DNA of 29,163 nt from an uncultured Verrucomicrobiota bacterium (GTDB lineage Bacteria; Verrucomicrobiota; Kiritimatiellia; RFP12; UBA3636). The stretch covers positions 1-29,163 of the forward strand of contig CAMOSH010000025.1 in the NCBI GenBank assembly GCA_946624575.1, read 5' to 3'. This document shows, one piece after another, positions 15,065-26,200 of this stretch; position 1 is the first letter of the stretch, and each line of letters starts with the position of its first letter. A program made the translations under genes and the position numbers. Below the pieces are notes generated by a model. It was not told where the DNA came from. It worked only from the letters and a program-made list of their open reading frames with translations, and made no database searches.

Positions 15065-17134
15065 CTACTTGAGGCGCTCCAGAACGAGTGCGGTGCGCGC
15101 GGGGAGGTAGAGCCTGATCCGCGGCGTCGCCTGATTGCCGACGACCGCGTTTTCGCTTTCGAAAACCTGCCCGGGGGCAATGCGGTCCTGGCCGCCGAAA
15201 GCGGAGCGGTCGGTGTCCAGCGCCAGCGCGTAGCGTCCTGGCGGCACGGCGACATCCCAGTCCGCGAGCGAACGCTCCGGGTGGAAATTGAAGAAGAAGA
15301 AAAGCGGGCCGCGCGAAAAAGCGAGAGTCTTGGCCAGATCGTCGGCGACGAGGCGCTTGAGCGGCTCCTCCAGCAGATTCGGGAACTTCCCGGCGAGCAT
15401 GATAAGCGCCTCGCCGAAATCGCCGAGCGCCGAGTAGAGCAGCGAGCGGTCGTCGCGAAGACTCCAGCGACGGCGCGCCTTGTCGAAGCTCCATCCGTTG
15501 CCTTCGCGTGGGAAGTCGATCCATTCGGGGTGCCCGAATTCGTTGCCCATGAAGTCGAGATATCCGCCGCCGGCGGCGGCGAGCGTGGCGAGGCGCATCA
15601 GCTTGTGCAGGGCGACCGCCCGCTGCGCGCGCAGGTCGGCGCTGCCGCGGTGCATCGCGTCGTAGACCGACGTGCCGGCCATTTCGAAAAACATCGTCTT
15701 GCCGCCCACGAGGGCCTGGTCGTGGCATTCCGCGTAGGAGATCGTGCGTTCGTCGGCGCGCTTGTCGGAGAGTCGGTGCAGCAGCCAGCCCATGCCCCAG
15801 GACTCGTCGGGCACGTTGCGCAGCAGGTCGCCCCAGGCTTCGGTCACTCCCATCGCGAGCCTGTAGTCGAATCCGACGCCGCCGTCGCGGCGGGGCGCGG
15901 CCAGTCCGGGCATCCCCGAAACGTCCTCCGCGACCGTGATCGCGTCCGGGCGCACGGCGTGGACCACGCGGTTGGCGAGAGCCAGATATGCGAGCGCGTC
16001 CTCGTCGACGTTGCAGTCGAAGTACTGCGAAAAGTCGGTGAAATCGACGCCAAGGCCGTGATCGAGGTAGATCATGGACGTGACGCCGTCGAAGCGGAAT
16101 CCGTCGAAATGGAATTCGTCGAGCCAGTAGCGGCAGTTGGAAAGGAGGAAATGGAGCGTCTTGTCGCGGCCGTAGTCGAAGAGGCTAGTGCCCCAGGCCG
16201 GATGGCGTCCGCGCTCGCCGTCATGGCAGTAGCACCATGTCGTGCCGTCGAAAAGCCCGACACCCTCCACCTCGTTGGAGACGGCGTGAGAGTGCACGAG
16301 ATCCATGACGACCGCGATGCCTAAGCCGTGCGCCGCATCCACGAGCGCCTTGAGTTCCTCGGGTGTGCCGAAGCGCGACGATGGCGCGAAGAAACTCGAC
16401 ACCTGGTATCCGAACGAGCCGTAGTACGGATGTTCGGCGACGGCCATGAGCTGAAGCGTGTTGTATCCGGCGCGCGCGACGCGCGGCAGGACGTTATTGC
16501 GGAATTCGTTCCAGGTTCCGACCCTCGGGGCCTCCTGCGCCATGCCGACGTGGGCCTCGTAGACGAGCGGGTCGCGCGCGGGGACGCTCCAGGACGAATG
16601 CGCCCAGCGATACGGACCTGACGGCGGATCCCACACCTGTGCGCAGAAGAACTTCGAGACGGGATCCTGCACTACGCGGCGGGCGTAGGCCGGGATGCGA
16701 GGGCGCGGGCCGCCGGAACCAGGCCATTCGAGCTCAAGCCTCCAGTGCTGGCCGTGGGAAAGGGCCGCTGCCGGAAGCTCTAGTTCCCAGTCGCCGTACT
16801 TGCCTTCGATTCGGCGGGCTTCGAAGGAGTCCAGTCGCTCCCACCTCGTGGCGTCGCCGACTAGCCATAGGCGCGTGGCGTTCGGCGCGAATTCGCGGAA
16901 GACCCATCCGCCGCCGTTGCGCCTGTGCAGACCGTACCATTCGTGCGCGGACGCGAAATCGGCCAGGGAGCTAGATCCGGCCAGGCGTTTTTCAAGCGAA
17001 TTGGCGCGGGCCATGCGGCGTTCGAGCGCGGGGCGGTAGAGCGCGAGGGCTGGGTCGGCGCGAAAGTCCGGAAGCGGCGGCCGCGCTGGAGTTTCCGGGA
17101 GTCCCGCTTTTTCGATCTTGGATTTCGTGTTCAT
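15065..17134 (-). CDS. glgB: 1,4-alpha-glucan branching enzyme (GH13, eukaryote/Bacteroidetes-like subfamily)
   Basis: GH13 conserved regions are present: VMDLVHSH, GFRFDGVTSM (with the catalytic Asp), GNEFGHPEW and ECHDQ. The start was set at MNTKSK (ATG at 17134). Confidence 0.8.
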   Translation of the reverse strand: MNTKSKIEKAGLPETPARPPLPDFRADPALALYRPALERRMARANSLEKRLAGSSSLADFASAHEWYGLHRRNGGGWVFREFAPNATRLWLVGDATRWERLDSFEARRIEGKYGDWELELPAAALSHGQHWRLELEWPGSGGPRPRIPAYARRVVQDPVSKFFCAQVWDPPSGPYRWAHSSWSVPARDPLVYEAHVGMAQEAPRVGTWNEFRNNVLPRVARAGYNTLQLMAVAEHPYYGSFGYQVSSFFAPSSRFGTPEELKALVDAAHGLGIAVVMDLVHSHAVSNEVEGVGLFDGTTWCYCHDGERGRHPAWGTSLFDYGRDKTLHFLLSNCRYWLDEFHFDGFRFDGVTSMIYLDHGLGVDFTDFSQYFDCNVDEDALAYLALANRVVHAVRPDAITVAEDVSGMPGLAAPRRDGGVGFDYRLAMGVTEAWGDLLRNVPDESWGMGWLLHRLSDKRADERTISYAECHDQALVGGKTMFFEMAGTSVYDAMHRGSADLRAQRAVALHKLMRLATLAAAGGGYLDFMGNEFGHPEWIDFPREGNGWSFDKARRRWSLRDDRSLLYSALGDFGEALIMLAGKFPNLLEEPLKRLVADDLAKTLAFSRGPLFFFFNFHPERSLADWDVAVPPGRYALALDTDRSAFGGQDRIAPGQVFESENAVVGNQATPRIRLYLPARTALVLERLK

Positions 17135-17183
17135 GCGTGTCTGTGGTTCGACGGGACGATTCGACGGTTCGGCATTCCAACGG

Positions 17184-18020
17184 TCAGATGACTCCGAAAT
17201 GACGCAGCGCGGCGGCGACGCCGTCGTCGTCGTTGGAAAGCGTGACCCAGTCGGCGGCGGCAAGCACCTCCGGGGCGGAGTTCGCCATCGCGACGCCTAT
17301 GCCGGCCGCCTGGATCATCGACAGGTCGTTGGGCGCGTCGCCGAACGACATGGAGTTTGCGTCTGCGTCAAGTCCCAGATGGGCGCACAGTCCGCGCAGA
17401 GCGTTGCCCTTGTTCGCTTCGGGCGCGTTGATTTCGAGGTTGTTTGGCGTGGACGACGTGAGCAGCAGTTCCGGGAAGCGCTCGGAAATGGCGTTCCTGG
17501 CTGCCGCCCGCACCGCCTCGTCGCGCGCGAAGAACATGACCTTCTGCACGTCCGTTCCGGAAGCTCGCACGTGTTCCTTCAAATCCGGCACGGGGGTGCG
17601 GAGTTCGCGGATCATGCGCTCGTAGTGTACGTCGGGAGCGTACAGCGCGGCCTTTTCCTGCAAGGCGCGCGTCATCCAGCCGCGGCCGTCGCGGTAGCAG
17701 TCGTAGATGACGTCGAAACTGTCGAGCAGGCTCATGACGCCGAGCGCCACGGCCTGCGGAATCTCCGCGCGGAAAACTGACCGCCTGGTGCGGCGGTCGA
17801 AAACCTGCGCGCCGTTGATGGTGATGGCAAAATCGACGAACGGGAGTTCCCGGACGCATTCCGGGATCGCGTCGAAAAAGCGGCCGGTCGCGGGTACGAC
17901 GGCCACGCCGCGCGCGGCGGCGAGCTCCAGAGCGGAGCGATTGGCGTCCGAAAGCGACTTGGAGGAATCGAGCAAAGTGCCGTCAAGGTCCAGCGCCACG
18001 AGCTTGATGTTGCGTTGCAT
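17184..18020 (-). CDS. Cof-type HAD-IIB family hydrolase
   Basis: The N-terminus has LVALDLDGTLL (HAD motif I). A cap-domain-sized insert is present. The C-terminus has GDAPNDLSM (motif IV). Confidence 0.8.
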   Translation of the reverse strand: MQRNIKLVALDLDGTLLDSSKSLSDANRSALELAAARGVAVVPATGRFFDAIPECVRELPFVDFAITINGAQVFDRRTRRSVFRAEIPQAVALGVMSLLDSFDVIYDCYRDGRGWMTRALQEKAALYAPDVHYERMIRELRTPVPDLKEHVRASGTDVQKVMFFARDEAVRAAARNAISERFPELLLTSSTPNNLEINAPEANKGNALRGLCAHLGLDADANSMSFGDAPNDLSMIQAAGIGVAMANSAPEVLAAADWVTLSNDDDGVAAALRHFGVI

Positions 18021-18212
18021 GGCGCAGACGATACCACATCCCCCCCGCCGCCCGCAAGCAAAACGCGACGCGCGTGGCGACGGGCGCGCGGGTGTGGATT
18101 TTCGGAGCGCTTTCTGCTAGCATCCGGCGCCCCGCGCCGTACGCGGGCCTTCAAAATCGCGACGCGTCGGCGTCGATTCGCGCGCGGCGTCAGAACATTC
18201 CGGCCCACATTC

Positions 18213-19013
18213 ATGAAAATCGCCGTTTGCATAAAACAGGTCCCCGACTCGGACAAGGTCACGATCGACAGAACGACCAACCGGCTCAACCGCGCAGGAG
18301 TCCCGGCCATCGTCAATCCCTTCGACGAAAACGCCCTCGAAATGGCGTTGAAGCTCAAGGACGCCAATCCCGGCACTACGGTTACGGTGGTGACGATGGG
18401 GCCGCCGCCCGCCGCCGAAGTCATCAAGACTGCGGTCGCGCATGGCGCGGACGGAGGGGTCCTGATATGCGGGCGCGAGTTCGGCGGGGCGGACACCTGG
18501 GCGACCGGATACACGATCGCGCTGGCGATCAGGAAGCTTCAGGAGGACGGCGGCCCGTTCGACCTGGTGCTTTTCGGAAAGCAGGCTACGGACGGCGACA
18601 CGGCGCAGGTCGGCCCCGGCATCGCCAACAATCTCGGACTGCCCTGCCTGACATACGCCAAAAGCTGCGAAGTCGCCGGAGGCGACGCCTTCCGCGTGGT
18701 GCGCATGACGGAGGACGGCACCGAGGAATGGGAAGTGCAGCGGCCATGCGCGCTGACCGTGGTCAAGGAGGCCGGAGAGCTTCGCATTGCCAGCCTGCGC
18801 GGCAAGATGAAGGCCAAGAGCTACCAGCCGCCAGTCTGGGGCGTGGAGGAATTGCAGCCCAATCCCGACTTCATAGGCCTGAAGGGATCTCCCACGCGAG
18901 TCTCCAAGGTGTTTGCGCCGCCCGTGAAGTCCAACCGCGAAAAATTCTCCGGCACTCCGGCGGAGCAGGCCGCGGCCCTCGTCGAGCGCCTGGCCGCTCG
19001 ACAGCTCGTCTGA
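18213..19013 (+). CDS. etfB: Electron transfer flavoprotein beta subunit
   Basis: The N-terminus is MKIAVCIKQVPD, typical of EtfB, and the conserved VNPFDENALE is present. The start was set at ATG 18213. Confidence 0.85.
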   Translation: MKIAVCIKQVPDSDKVTIDRTTNRLNRAGVPAIVNPFDENALEMALKLKDANPGTTVTVVTMGPPPAAEVIKTAVAHGADGGVLICGREFGGADTWATGYTIALAIRKLQEDGGPFDLVLFGKQATDGDTAQVGPGIANNLGLPCLTYAKSCEVAGGDAFRVVRMTEDGTEEWEVQRPCALTVVKEAGELRIASLRGKMKAKSYQPPVWGVEELQPNPDFIGLKGSPTRVSKVFAPPVKSNREKFSGTPAEQAAALVERLAARQLV

Positions 19014-19080
19014 AGCGGCCCGTCGCCGAAACCTTGCGACCTGCAACGAAATCACTTTCAAACACAAACCGGAATCGACA

Positions 19081-20076
19081 ATGAACGAAATCTGGGTATT
19101 CGCCGAACAGCGTGACGGAAAACTCGAATCCGTCGCGCTCGAACTTCTGTCCAAAGGCCGCGAACTTGCGGCGAAATCCGGCTATCGGCTCGCCGCAGTG
19201 CTGCTTTCCGAAAACGGCGAAGCGCTCGCTCCGGAACTTTTCGCATACGGCGCGCAGAAGGTCTACAGGCTTGACGACCCGCGTTTCGCGTACTACCAGA
19301 ACGACTGGTGGAGCGAGGCGTTCGTGTCGCTTGTGCGCGAGAAGGGCCCGGAGATCGTGCTCGTCGGGGCCACGACGGTGGGCCGTTCGCTCGCGCCGAC
19401 TGCGGCGTCCATCCTGCACTGCGGGCTCACCGCGGACTGCACCAGGCTCGATTTCGATCCCGAGACGAAGCTGCTGCTGCAGACGCGCCCGGCGTTCGGC
19501 GGCAACATCATGGCCACGATCGTCTGCGCCGACACGCGCCCGCAGATGGCGACAGTCCGTCCCAACGTCTTCAAGAAGGAGCCGCTGCCCGGCGCGCCTT
19601 CCGGCGGCGAACTCGTGAACGTCCCCGTGGATCTCTCAGGCGTTCCGTGCCGCATGAAGCGCCTGAAGGTCGTCAAGGAGGGTGGCGACGACGTGAATCT
19701 TGCCGAGGCCAAGGCCATAGTGTCCGGCGGTCGCGGGCTTGGCTCTCCGGAGAAGTTCTCGCTCGTGCGCGAACTGGCCTCCGTGCTTGGAGCCGCAGTC
19801 GGCGCGTCTCGCGCCACCGTCGACGCCGGCTGGATTTCTCCGCTCCACCAGGTGGGGCAGACCGGCAAGACCGTATGCCCGAAGCTCTACGTCGCCGTCG
19901 GCATTTCCGGGGCGATACAGCACCTGGCCGGGATGCAGAGTTCCGATACGATCGTCGCGATCAACAGCGATCCGAATGCGCCGATCTTCGACGTGGCCGA
20001 CTACGGACTCGTAGGCGACCTGAACGAGATTGTGCCGGCGATCGTCGCGGCCGTGAAAGCGCGTCGCGGCGCCTGA
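19081..20076 (+). CDS. etfA: Electron transfer flavoprotein alpha subunit
   Basis: The C-terminal FAD-binding region ([19 protein letters not shown]...[13 protein letters not shown]) is present. It lies immediately downstream of etfB. Confidence 0.85.
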   Translation: MNEIWVFAEQRDGKLESVALELLSKGRELAAKSGYRLAAVLLSENGEALAPELFAYGAQKVYRLDDPRFAYYQNDWWSEAFVSLVREKGPEIVLVGATTVGRSLAPTAASILHCGLTADCTRLDFDPETKLLLQTRPAFGGNIMATIVCADTRPQMATVRPNVFKKEPLPGAPSGGELVNVPVDLSGVPCRMKRLKVVKEGGDDVNLAEAKAIVSGGRGLGSPEKFSLVRELASVLGAAVGASRATVDAGWISPLHQVGQTGKTVCPKLYVAVGISGAIQHLAGMQSSDTIVAINSDPNAPIFDVADYGLVGDLNEIVPAIVAAVKARRGA

Positions 20077-20130
20077 GGGTGCCGCGCGCGGTCCCGGCGT
20101 CGTCGTCGGAGAATTCAGTTCATCTGGTCT

Positions 20131-20153
20131 GACGGCCCGCGCGGCGGGCCGTC
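20131..20153. terminator. Perfect 10-bp-stem hairpin (GACGGCCCGC-GCG-GCGGGCCGTC) between the convergent etfA and PAP2 genes. Candidate bidirectional terminator.
   Basis: The stem and loop can be read off the sequence, but the flanking T/A tracts are weak. Confidence 0.35.
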
Positions 20154-20172
20154 AGTCGTTCTGGGGTGTCGT

Positions 20173-20649
20173 TCAGGCGCCGGCGAAGGCGCCGGTCCAC
20201 CAGGCCGTGAGAATCGTCGAAAGCGCGATGCCGAGCGTCATGCCGGCCACGACTTCGAGGCGCGTGTGCCCGAGCAGCTCCTTGAGCTTGGCGCCGCGGA
20301 GCCTGTGCTCAGTCTGAAGCTCCGCGATAATTTCGTTGAGGACGCGCGCCTGCTGCCCCGCCGCGTAGCGAACCGTCGAGGCGTCGAACATCGTTATCAG
20401 CGCGAAAACCGCCGCAATGGCGAACTGCGGCGCGTCGAAGCCGCACACCAGACCCGTGGACATCGCGAGGCCGCACACAGTCGCGGAATGGGCGCTGGGC
20501 ATTCCGCCCGTCGAGAAAAAGCGGCGCAGGTCCAGCGGTCTTCTGTGGCAGAGGTCGATCGTGATTTTCACGCCCTGCGCGGTCACCCAGCAGAAGAACG
20601 CCGCCCAGAGCGGCACGTTGCGGAAAAGGGAACTGTCTGGAAGATGCAT
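20173..20649 (-). CDS. Divergent PAP2 family membrane protein (DUF212/YuiD-like)
   Basis: The signature GGMPSAHSA is present in a multi-TM protein of 158 aa. The start was set at MHLPDSS (ATG at 20649). The ORF in the track extends spuriously to 21462. Confidence 0.7.
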   Translation of the reverse strand: MHLPDSSLFRNVPLWAAFFCWVTAQGVKITIDLCHRRPLDLRRFFSTGGMPSAHSATVCGLAMSTGLVCGFDAPQFAIAAVFALITMFDASTVRYAAGQQARVLNEIIAELQTEHRLRGAKLKELLGHTRLEVVAGMTLGIALSTILTAWWTGAFAGA

Positions 20650-20651
20650 CG

Positions 20652-22067
20652 TCAATATGCGTTTCGGACGGCGAAGAGCGTCCGCAGGAGGATTTTGAAA
20701 TCGAGCGCGAGCGACCAGTTTTCGAGATACCAGAGGTCGGCGTGGAGTCGATCGGGAATCGAGGTGTTGCCGCGCAGACCGTGCACCTGGGCCCAGCCCG
20801 TGATGCCGGGGCGGCAGACGTGGCGTCGCATGTAGTGTTCGATCTGTTCGGAGAATTTTTCGACGAATTCGGGGCGTTCCGGCCTTGGCCCCACGAGCGA
20901 CATGTCGCCCTTGACGACATTCCAGAACTGAGGCAGCTCGTCGAGGTTCCTCGCGCGCATGAACGCCCCGATTCTCGTGCGGCGCGGATCGTTCTCCTCG
21001 GCGAACACGGCGCCGGAATCGGCCTCCGCGTCCTCCCTCATGGAGCGTAGCTTGAATATCGTGAAGGTCTTGCCGCCGTAGCCGCAGCGCGTCTGGCGGA
21101 AGAATGCCGGACCGGGCGATTCGCGTTTGACAAGCCAGGCCAGCACCGCCACGAGAGGCGCCGATGCCACGAGAAGCGCCGTGCCGACGACCAGGTCTTC
21201 GACGCGCTTGGCAATCCGGTTGCCGAGGCGGTCTAGCGGATGGTGCCGGAGCCCCATCAGCGGAATGTCGTCGATCGTTTCCACCTCGACTGCGCTCGTG
21301 AGCATTCGGAAAAGGTCGGGGACCACGTTGAAGCGGATCATCCGCTTCTCGCATTCGGAGGCGATCGAGTAGAGCAGCGCCGAATCTGCGCCTGGGCGCG
21401 TCACGATCACCTGGACGATGTCCGGCATTTCGGAAAGCACTTTGTGGAAGTCGCGCGCGCAACCTAGGATGTTGGCCCCCTCTATGCCAGGGTCAGGCGT
21501 TTCGTCTGGAACGGAGCGCAGAAAACCGGAAATCCTGACGCGCAGGCGCGGGTCGCCTGCGAAGAGACGCGCCAGACGCGCCGCCGTGGAGTCGGTTCCG
21601 ATCATCAGGACTCTGTTGGTCGGCAGGGAGCGGCGCGCGGCCGCGATTTCCAACTTGAAAAGCAGGCCGCGCTCGGCGAGGAGCAGCAGCGAGAACACGG
21701 GTGCGAAAAGCAGCATGACGCCGGTCGAGACCTCGTAGACGTTTCGTACGAGGGCCACGCCCACCAGCATCGCCGTTGTCACGAGAAGTGCTCCGCGCAC
21801 AAGGCGCGGCACATGCGCGTGGAACGATCCGCGCTGGGGGCGGCGATACAGCCGCAGCGAGCGAAGCGCGGCATAGGCGAGGATGGACGCCACGAGGGCG
21901 GATTTCCAGAGCCCTGCGTAAATGTCCGCCGGAGTCCCGAACGGAATCGCGAACCAACCCGACTCAAAACGCAGGAACGCCGCCGTGTACACGGCGGCGA
22001 ATGCCGAAAGCGCGTCGGCCGCGACGGCCAAAGCCGCAAACGCGGAATCTGCGGGTGTCTTGGACAC
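20652..22067 (-). CDS. Polyprenyl-phosphate sugar phosphotransferase (bacterial sugar transferase, WbaP/exopolysaccharide-priming type)
   Basis: The C-terminal catalytic domain is DLVVGTALLVASAPLVAVLAWLVKRESPGPAFFRQTRCGYGGKTFTIFKLRSM...DELPQFWNVVKGDMSLVGPRPERP. N-terminal TM segments are present. Confidence 0.85.
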   Translation of the reverse strand: MSKTPADSAFAALAVAADALSAFAAVYTAAFLRFESGWFAIPFGTPADIYAGLWKSALVASILAYAALRSLRLYRRPQRGSFHAHVPRLVRGALLVTTAMLVGVALVRNVYEVSTGVMLLFAPVFSLLLLAERGLLFKLEIAAARRSLPTNRVLMIGTDSTAARLARLFAGDPRLRVRISGFLRSVPDETPDPGIEGANILGCARDFHKVLSEMPDIVQVIVTRPGADSALLYSIASECEKRMIRFNVVPDLFRMLTSAVEVETIDDIPLMGLRHHPLDRLGNRIAKRVEDLVVGTALLVASAPLVAVLAWLVKRESPGPAFFRQTRCGYGGKTFTIFKLRSMREDAEADSGAVFAEENDPRRTRIGAFMRARNLDELPQFWNVVKGDMSLVGPRPERPEFVEKFSEQIEHYMRRHVCRPGITGWAQVHGLRGNTSIPDRLHADLWYLENWSLALDFKILLRTLFAVRNAY

Positions 22068-22090
22068 CGGTGGACAGTTCCGCGAAAAGA

Positions 22091-23005
22091 CTATTCCGCC
22101 GCAGCTGCGGGTGCTTCGGGCGCAGGAGCCTCGGCGGCGGGTGCTGCAGGAGCCTCGGCGGCGGGCGCTGCAGGAGCCTCAGCGGCTGGTGTGGCCTCGG
22201 CGACGGGTGCTTCGGGCGCAGGAGCCTCGGCGGCGGGCGCGGCAGGAGCCTCGGCGGCGGGCGTTGCGGGGGCTTCGGCGGCCTCGGGCGCGGCCTCTGC
22301 GGCGGGGGCGTCAAGGAACGCGTTCAAGTCAGTTTCGGGGGCGGGCTCTGGCATTTCGAGCCTGTCGATCGCGCGAATGAGCTCGTCTGCGGACGCCGCC
22401 CAGTCCGTGTCGGCGTTTTCAGCGAGAAACAGGTCTAGCATCGCCTTGCTGCGGGCCTTGTTCTCCTCGCCGCCTTTCAGGATTAGGACACGGGCCTGCC
22501 CAAGCGTTGCGTCCTGGATGAACGCGGAAGCCGGGGTTTCGCCGGCAACTGCGGCGTATGCCTCCTCGGCTTCGTCGAGCCGACCCAGGGCTTCGAGCAC
22601 GTGTGCGCGGCCGATGCGCGCGACGGAAGCCAGCGGATGAGAGGGGGTGTCGGCCAAAAAGGCGTCGTATGCGGCGAGCGCAAGATCGTTTTCCCCTGCG
22701 GCGCTGCGCAGATTCGCGAGCCGAAGCCGCGCAAGCGGCACGACTGCGGCGCTGCGAGCCGCTCCTATCTCCTCTTCGAGCTGCTCGGGAGAGGACGCCG
22801 CCTGCAGCGCTTCCATGGCCGCGGTGTCGCGCCGGGCGCGCCACGAATTCCACTGACGGAATCCCAGCACTGCAACCAGCAGGGCCACCAGCACGATTGT
22901 GACCGCGTTTCCGTGAGACTCCCACCAGTCTTGAAGAGCCTGGAGTTCTTCCGGGGTCTCTTGCTGGGCGTGGGCGAGATTTTTCAGATCTTTCGAGGTT
23001 GACAT
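22091..23005 (-). CDS. Membrane-anchored TPR-like protein (YfgM-like) with a C-terminal Ala/Pro/Glu-rich repeat tail
   Basis: A TM helix (AVTIVLVALLVAVLGF) lies after the N-terminal ~35 aa. TPR-like helices follow. The last ~75 aa are (AEAPA)n low-complexity repeats. Confidence 0.6.
   Translation of the reverse strand: MSTSKDLKNLAHAQQETPEELQALQDWWESHGNAVTIVLVALLVAVLGFRQWNSWRARRDTAAMEALQAASSPEQLEEEIGAARSAAVVPLARLRLANLRSAAGENDLALAAYDAFLADTPSHPLASVARIGRAHVLEALGRLDEAEEAYAAVAGETPASAFIQDATLGQARVLILKGGEENKARSKAMLDLFLAENADTDWAASADELIRAIDRLEMPEPAPETDLNAFLDAPAAEAAPEAAEAPATPAAEAPAAPAAEAPAPEAPVAEATPAAEAPAAPAAEAPAAPAAEAPAPEAPAAAAE
22095..22320. repeat. Tandem ~24-bp (and higher-order ~75-bp) coding repeats (GCAGGAGCCTCGGCGGCGGGCG-like) encoding the AEAPA tail
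   Basis: Read directly from the sequence. Confidence 0.5.
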
Positions 23006-23235
23006 GGCAGTGATTCGCTTTTTTCCGGAATTGCGGTTCCCCGCACCGGGCGTGTGTGACGCGCCGGATTATCACACAACCGCGCATTCAAGGCAAGCGT
23101 ACCGCCAAAATCGCGGTGAACTACGACGGTATTCGGTCATCTTGCGGGAAAGCCGCTCCTCGTTCTCCGGCGAGAACGGCGCGATGTCGAGGACGGTGAA
23201 CCGGTCCGGCGAGAACGGGGAATCCATTTTCCACC

Positions 23236-26200
23236 CTACCGCACGATCAGCACGAAGGGGTTAGTCTTGCCGAACTCGATCTTCACCGTGGCGGGCGAGG
23301 TGCCGGCGGTGTAGGTGTAGGAAGAGCCCTCCACGAACTGGGGATTCGTCCATGCGCTGTTTTCGAGCGTCCAGACCTTCACGCGGTTCGGCATGGAGCC
23401 GTCCACGGCGGAAGCGGCGCCCTCGAAGACGTGGGTGCCATAGACCTCGTAGGCGTCGGCGGCGAGCGCGCCGTTGTAGTCCGAGGTCGCGACGACGACG
23501 TTCGTCGTCACGAGCGCGCCGTCGAAGCGCGCGACATCGACCTTGTAGTTGTGCGCGATCTCGGCGTCCGAAAGGACGCGGTTGTAGGCGCGCACGGCCT
23601 TCATCGTGCCGGTGAGCTGTGGATACGCATTGTTGTTGTCCTTGCCGTTTTGGTAAAACTTGTTGCCGACGAAGAAGAATGCTGGCGGCATGCTCTTCAC
23701 GGTTACGCGGTTCCGTGTCTGGTCAACGGTGCCGCGCCTGTAGGAGCGGAAGGTCGCCGTATCCATGACGAAGGCCGCATGTTTGCCGTCCCATGGCTGA
23801 GTGATGTTGGCGCGGTCGCCTCCGCCGCTCCAGGTGTCGGTCTTCCAACGGCACGAGCCATCCGTTTTGTAGGTGTGGATGCTCATGTCGTTGTCGTGAG
23901 CCGCCCAGGCGACGTTCGTGTGGCCGAAGCTCAGGATGCACGGCCAGTCGCCTACCTGCTCTGATCCCTTAACGTCGCAGGCGATTTCCATCGTGCCGAC
24001 GGTGCCGAGCGACTTGAGCTTGTTGTTGGCCGTGTTCAGGTAGAAGTAGCTCTTTTCGTTCTCTGGGCCGAGCGCGAGGCGGTAGCCGTCGCTTTCCCAG
24101 CCGCTGTTGGCATTCACGGTCATGTTCGCCTGTTCGCCGGTCACGAGTTCGCGCCAGCGGTGCGAAGCGCTGTCGACGTGGGCCGCGCCGATGCCGTCGT
24201 TGCAGATGCCGTCGTACCAGACCACCATGCCGCCGGGGGCGTAGTCGGCGATGGTGTAGTCGGTGGCGCGGCGGATGCCGGAGACCGGCTCCCAGAGCCA
24301 TGTGAGGCGATACGTGGAGAAGGGGGCTGCGGGGGCGGTCCATTCGACGGCGCCATCGCCGTTGCGCAGGACGCGCTCCGAAACGACCCATGAGGAAAGC
24401 GTCGAATCGTAGGTTTCGACGACATAGCCTGCGGGGGCGTATTCGACGGAACCGACGGTCTTCGTGGAGACTCCGGAGGAGAAGGTCCACCCCTCGGGGA
24501 AATACATTCCCGCAGGTTCGCGACCCTCGAAGCCGCGTGGGTCTGCGACGACCTCGACGGCCGTGGCGGCGGTGCCCTCGAAGCGGGCGGCGTCGGCTGC
24601 GGCGTTCTGCGCGACCTCGGCCGGAGATAGCGCACGGTCATAGATGCGGACGGAGCGCATCGTGCCGGTGAACTGGCGGGGTTCATCGTTTTGATTGAGT
24701 CGAGACCCGATCATCCACCTTGTTTCCGGGATGGACGTTGTGCCGGAAGTAGCTGCCGCGCCGGCTGTCTTGGGTATTCCTTGGTCGTACGCCTTGAAAT
24801 TCCCGGCTCCGGTTTCGGCCAGAGTGAACGACGCCTGCTTCCAGCTCCAGCCGGAAATGGAAGGGCGTGTGCTGTTGCCCGTCCATTTGTCGCCTTTGAA
24901 TCGAATCTCCGTTGCGGAAATCGCGCAGATTCGCTGATCGTCGCTTTGCGCGTTCGAACTGATGAAGGTGCTTCCCCAATTGAGCGATTTTTGGTCGGCG
25001 GCCTGGGCGTCGACGGCGAACTCGAATGTTGCCTGCGTCATCGCAGGCGTGGCGGAGACGAGCTGCGCGTAGCTGGGCTTGGACGAGGCGTAGCAGAAGT
25101 AGTAGCCGTCGTTGTGCCAGCCGGAGGAGGCGTTGGCCGTAATCGCGGCGTTGTTCGCTGGGTTGGCGAGGTTTGCCCACGTCGTCGCGGATGCGCTGTG
25201 GACGCCCTTGCCGGCGTTCCAGATGCCGTCGAGCCAGACGACGAGGCCGTCCGTCGCGTAGCGGTTGAGCGTGGCGGAGGTGGAGGCCCAGTTCCAGGTG
25301 ATTTTCACCTTTTCCGATTCGGAGACTTCGACGGCGAAAACGCCGTCGCACTGGACGGCGGCGCCCCACGCGCCGTTCTCCCACGTCTCGACGGTGCAGC
25401 CCGTGAGGGCGTAGGTGGTGCCGGAGACGGTGCAGGAGGCTGGCGCGGTGAAGACGTGCGAGCCTTCGACGGCATAGACGCCGGGGATCTCGTTGCCGTT
25501 CGCGCCGGCGACGGAAGTGGCGACGACGGCGTTCGTGACGGGCATCACGCCCTTGAAGCGCGCGGCGTCGATGGCGGCGTTTTTGGCGACCTCGTCGGTC
25601 GTGAGCGCGCGGTTGTAGATGCGGACGGAGTTAAACGTGCCGACGACTTGGCGCGTGTAGTCCGTGCCGGTTAGAAACTTGTCTTCGTTTCCGCCATTCG
25701 CAATGACCCATTTGGCGGCTCCGAGGGCCGTCTGGGTGCTTCGGGCCGACGATACAACTTGGGATCCGTCGAAAGAAATCCTGGCGGTGTCTGCGGCCAG
25801 TGCGCACGAGAAGTTTTTGCCGCCCCACGCCGACGCTTTCGGGCGGCTGCTGACACCGAAATTGTCCGTCTTCCACTGAAGTTGATTGCCTTGGTTCACG
25901 GTGAACACACCGAAATCTTTGCCGACAAGATTGGCGGACACATACATGCAATAGTAGGTTTGCGAGCCAGTGCCAGAGCCTTGGCTTGCCGCCGGCCAGT
26001 CGCCGACCGCCTCGATCGTGAGCGTCGTCATGCTTTCCAAGGCGTTGGCGGTGATGCCGTAGGCCTTGCCGCCGAAGTAGTAGCCGGAGTCAGTCCATGC
26101 GCTGGCGTCGGCCTGGCGCTTGACAATGGCGACCGGGTTGGCGGGGTCGGCGAGGTTGGCCCACTGCGCGGCCGTGGGGTCGTGGGGCTTGCCGACGCCG

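Noticed and set aside
23004-23264. 86-aa plus-strand ORF with duplicated SGENG motif
   Set aside because: It is generated by the direct-repeat regulatory DNA between two minus-strand genes, and there is no RBS or other coding signal.
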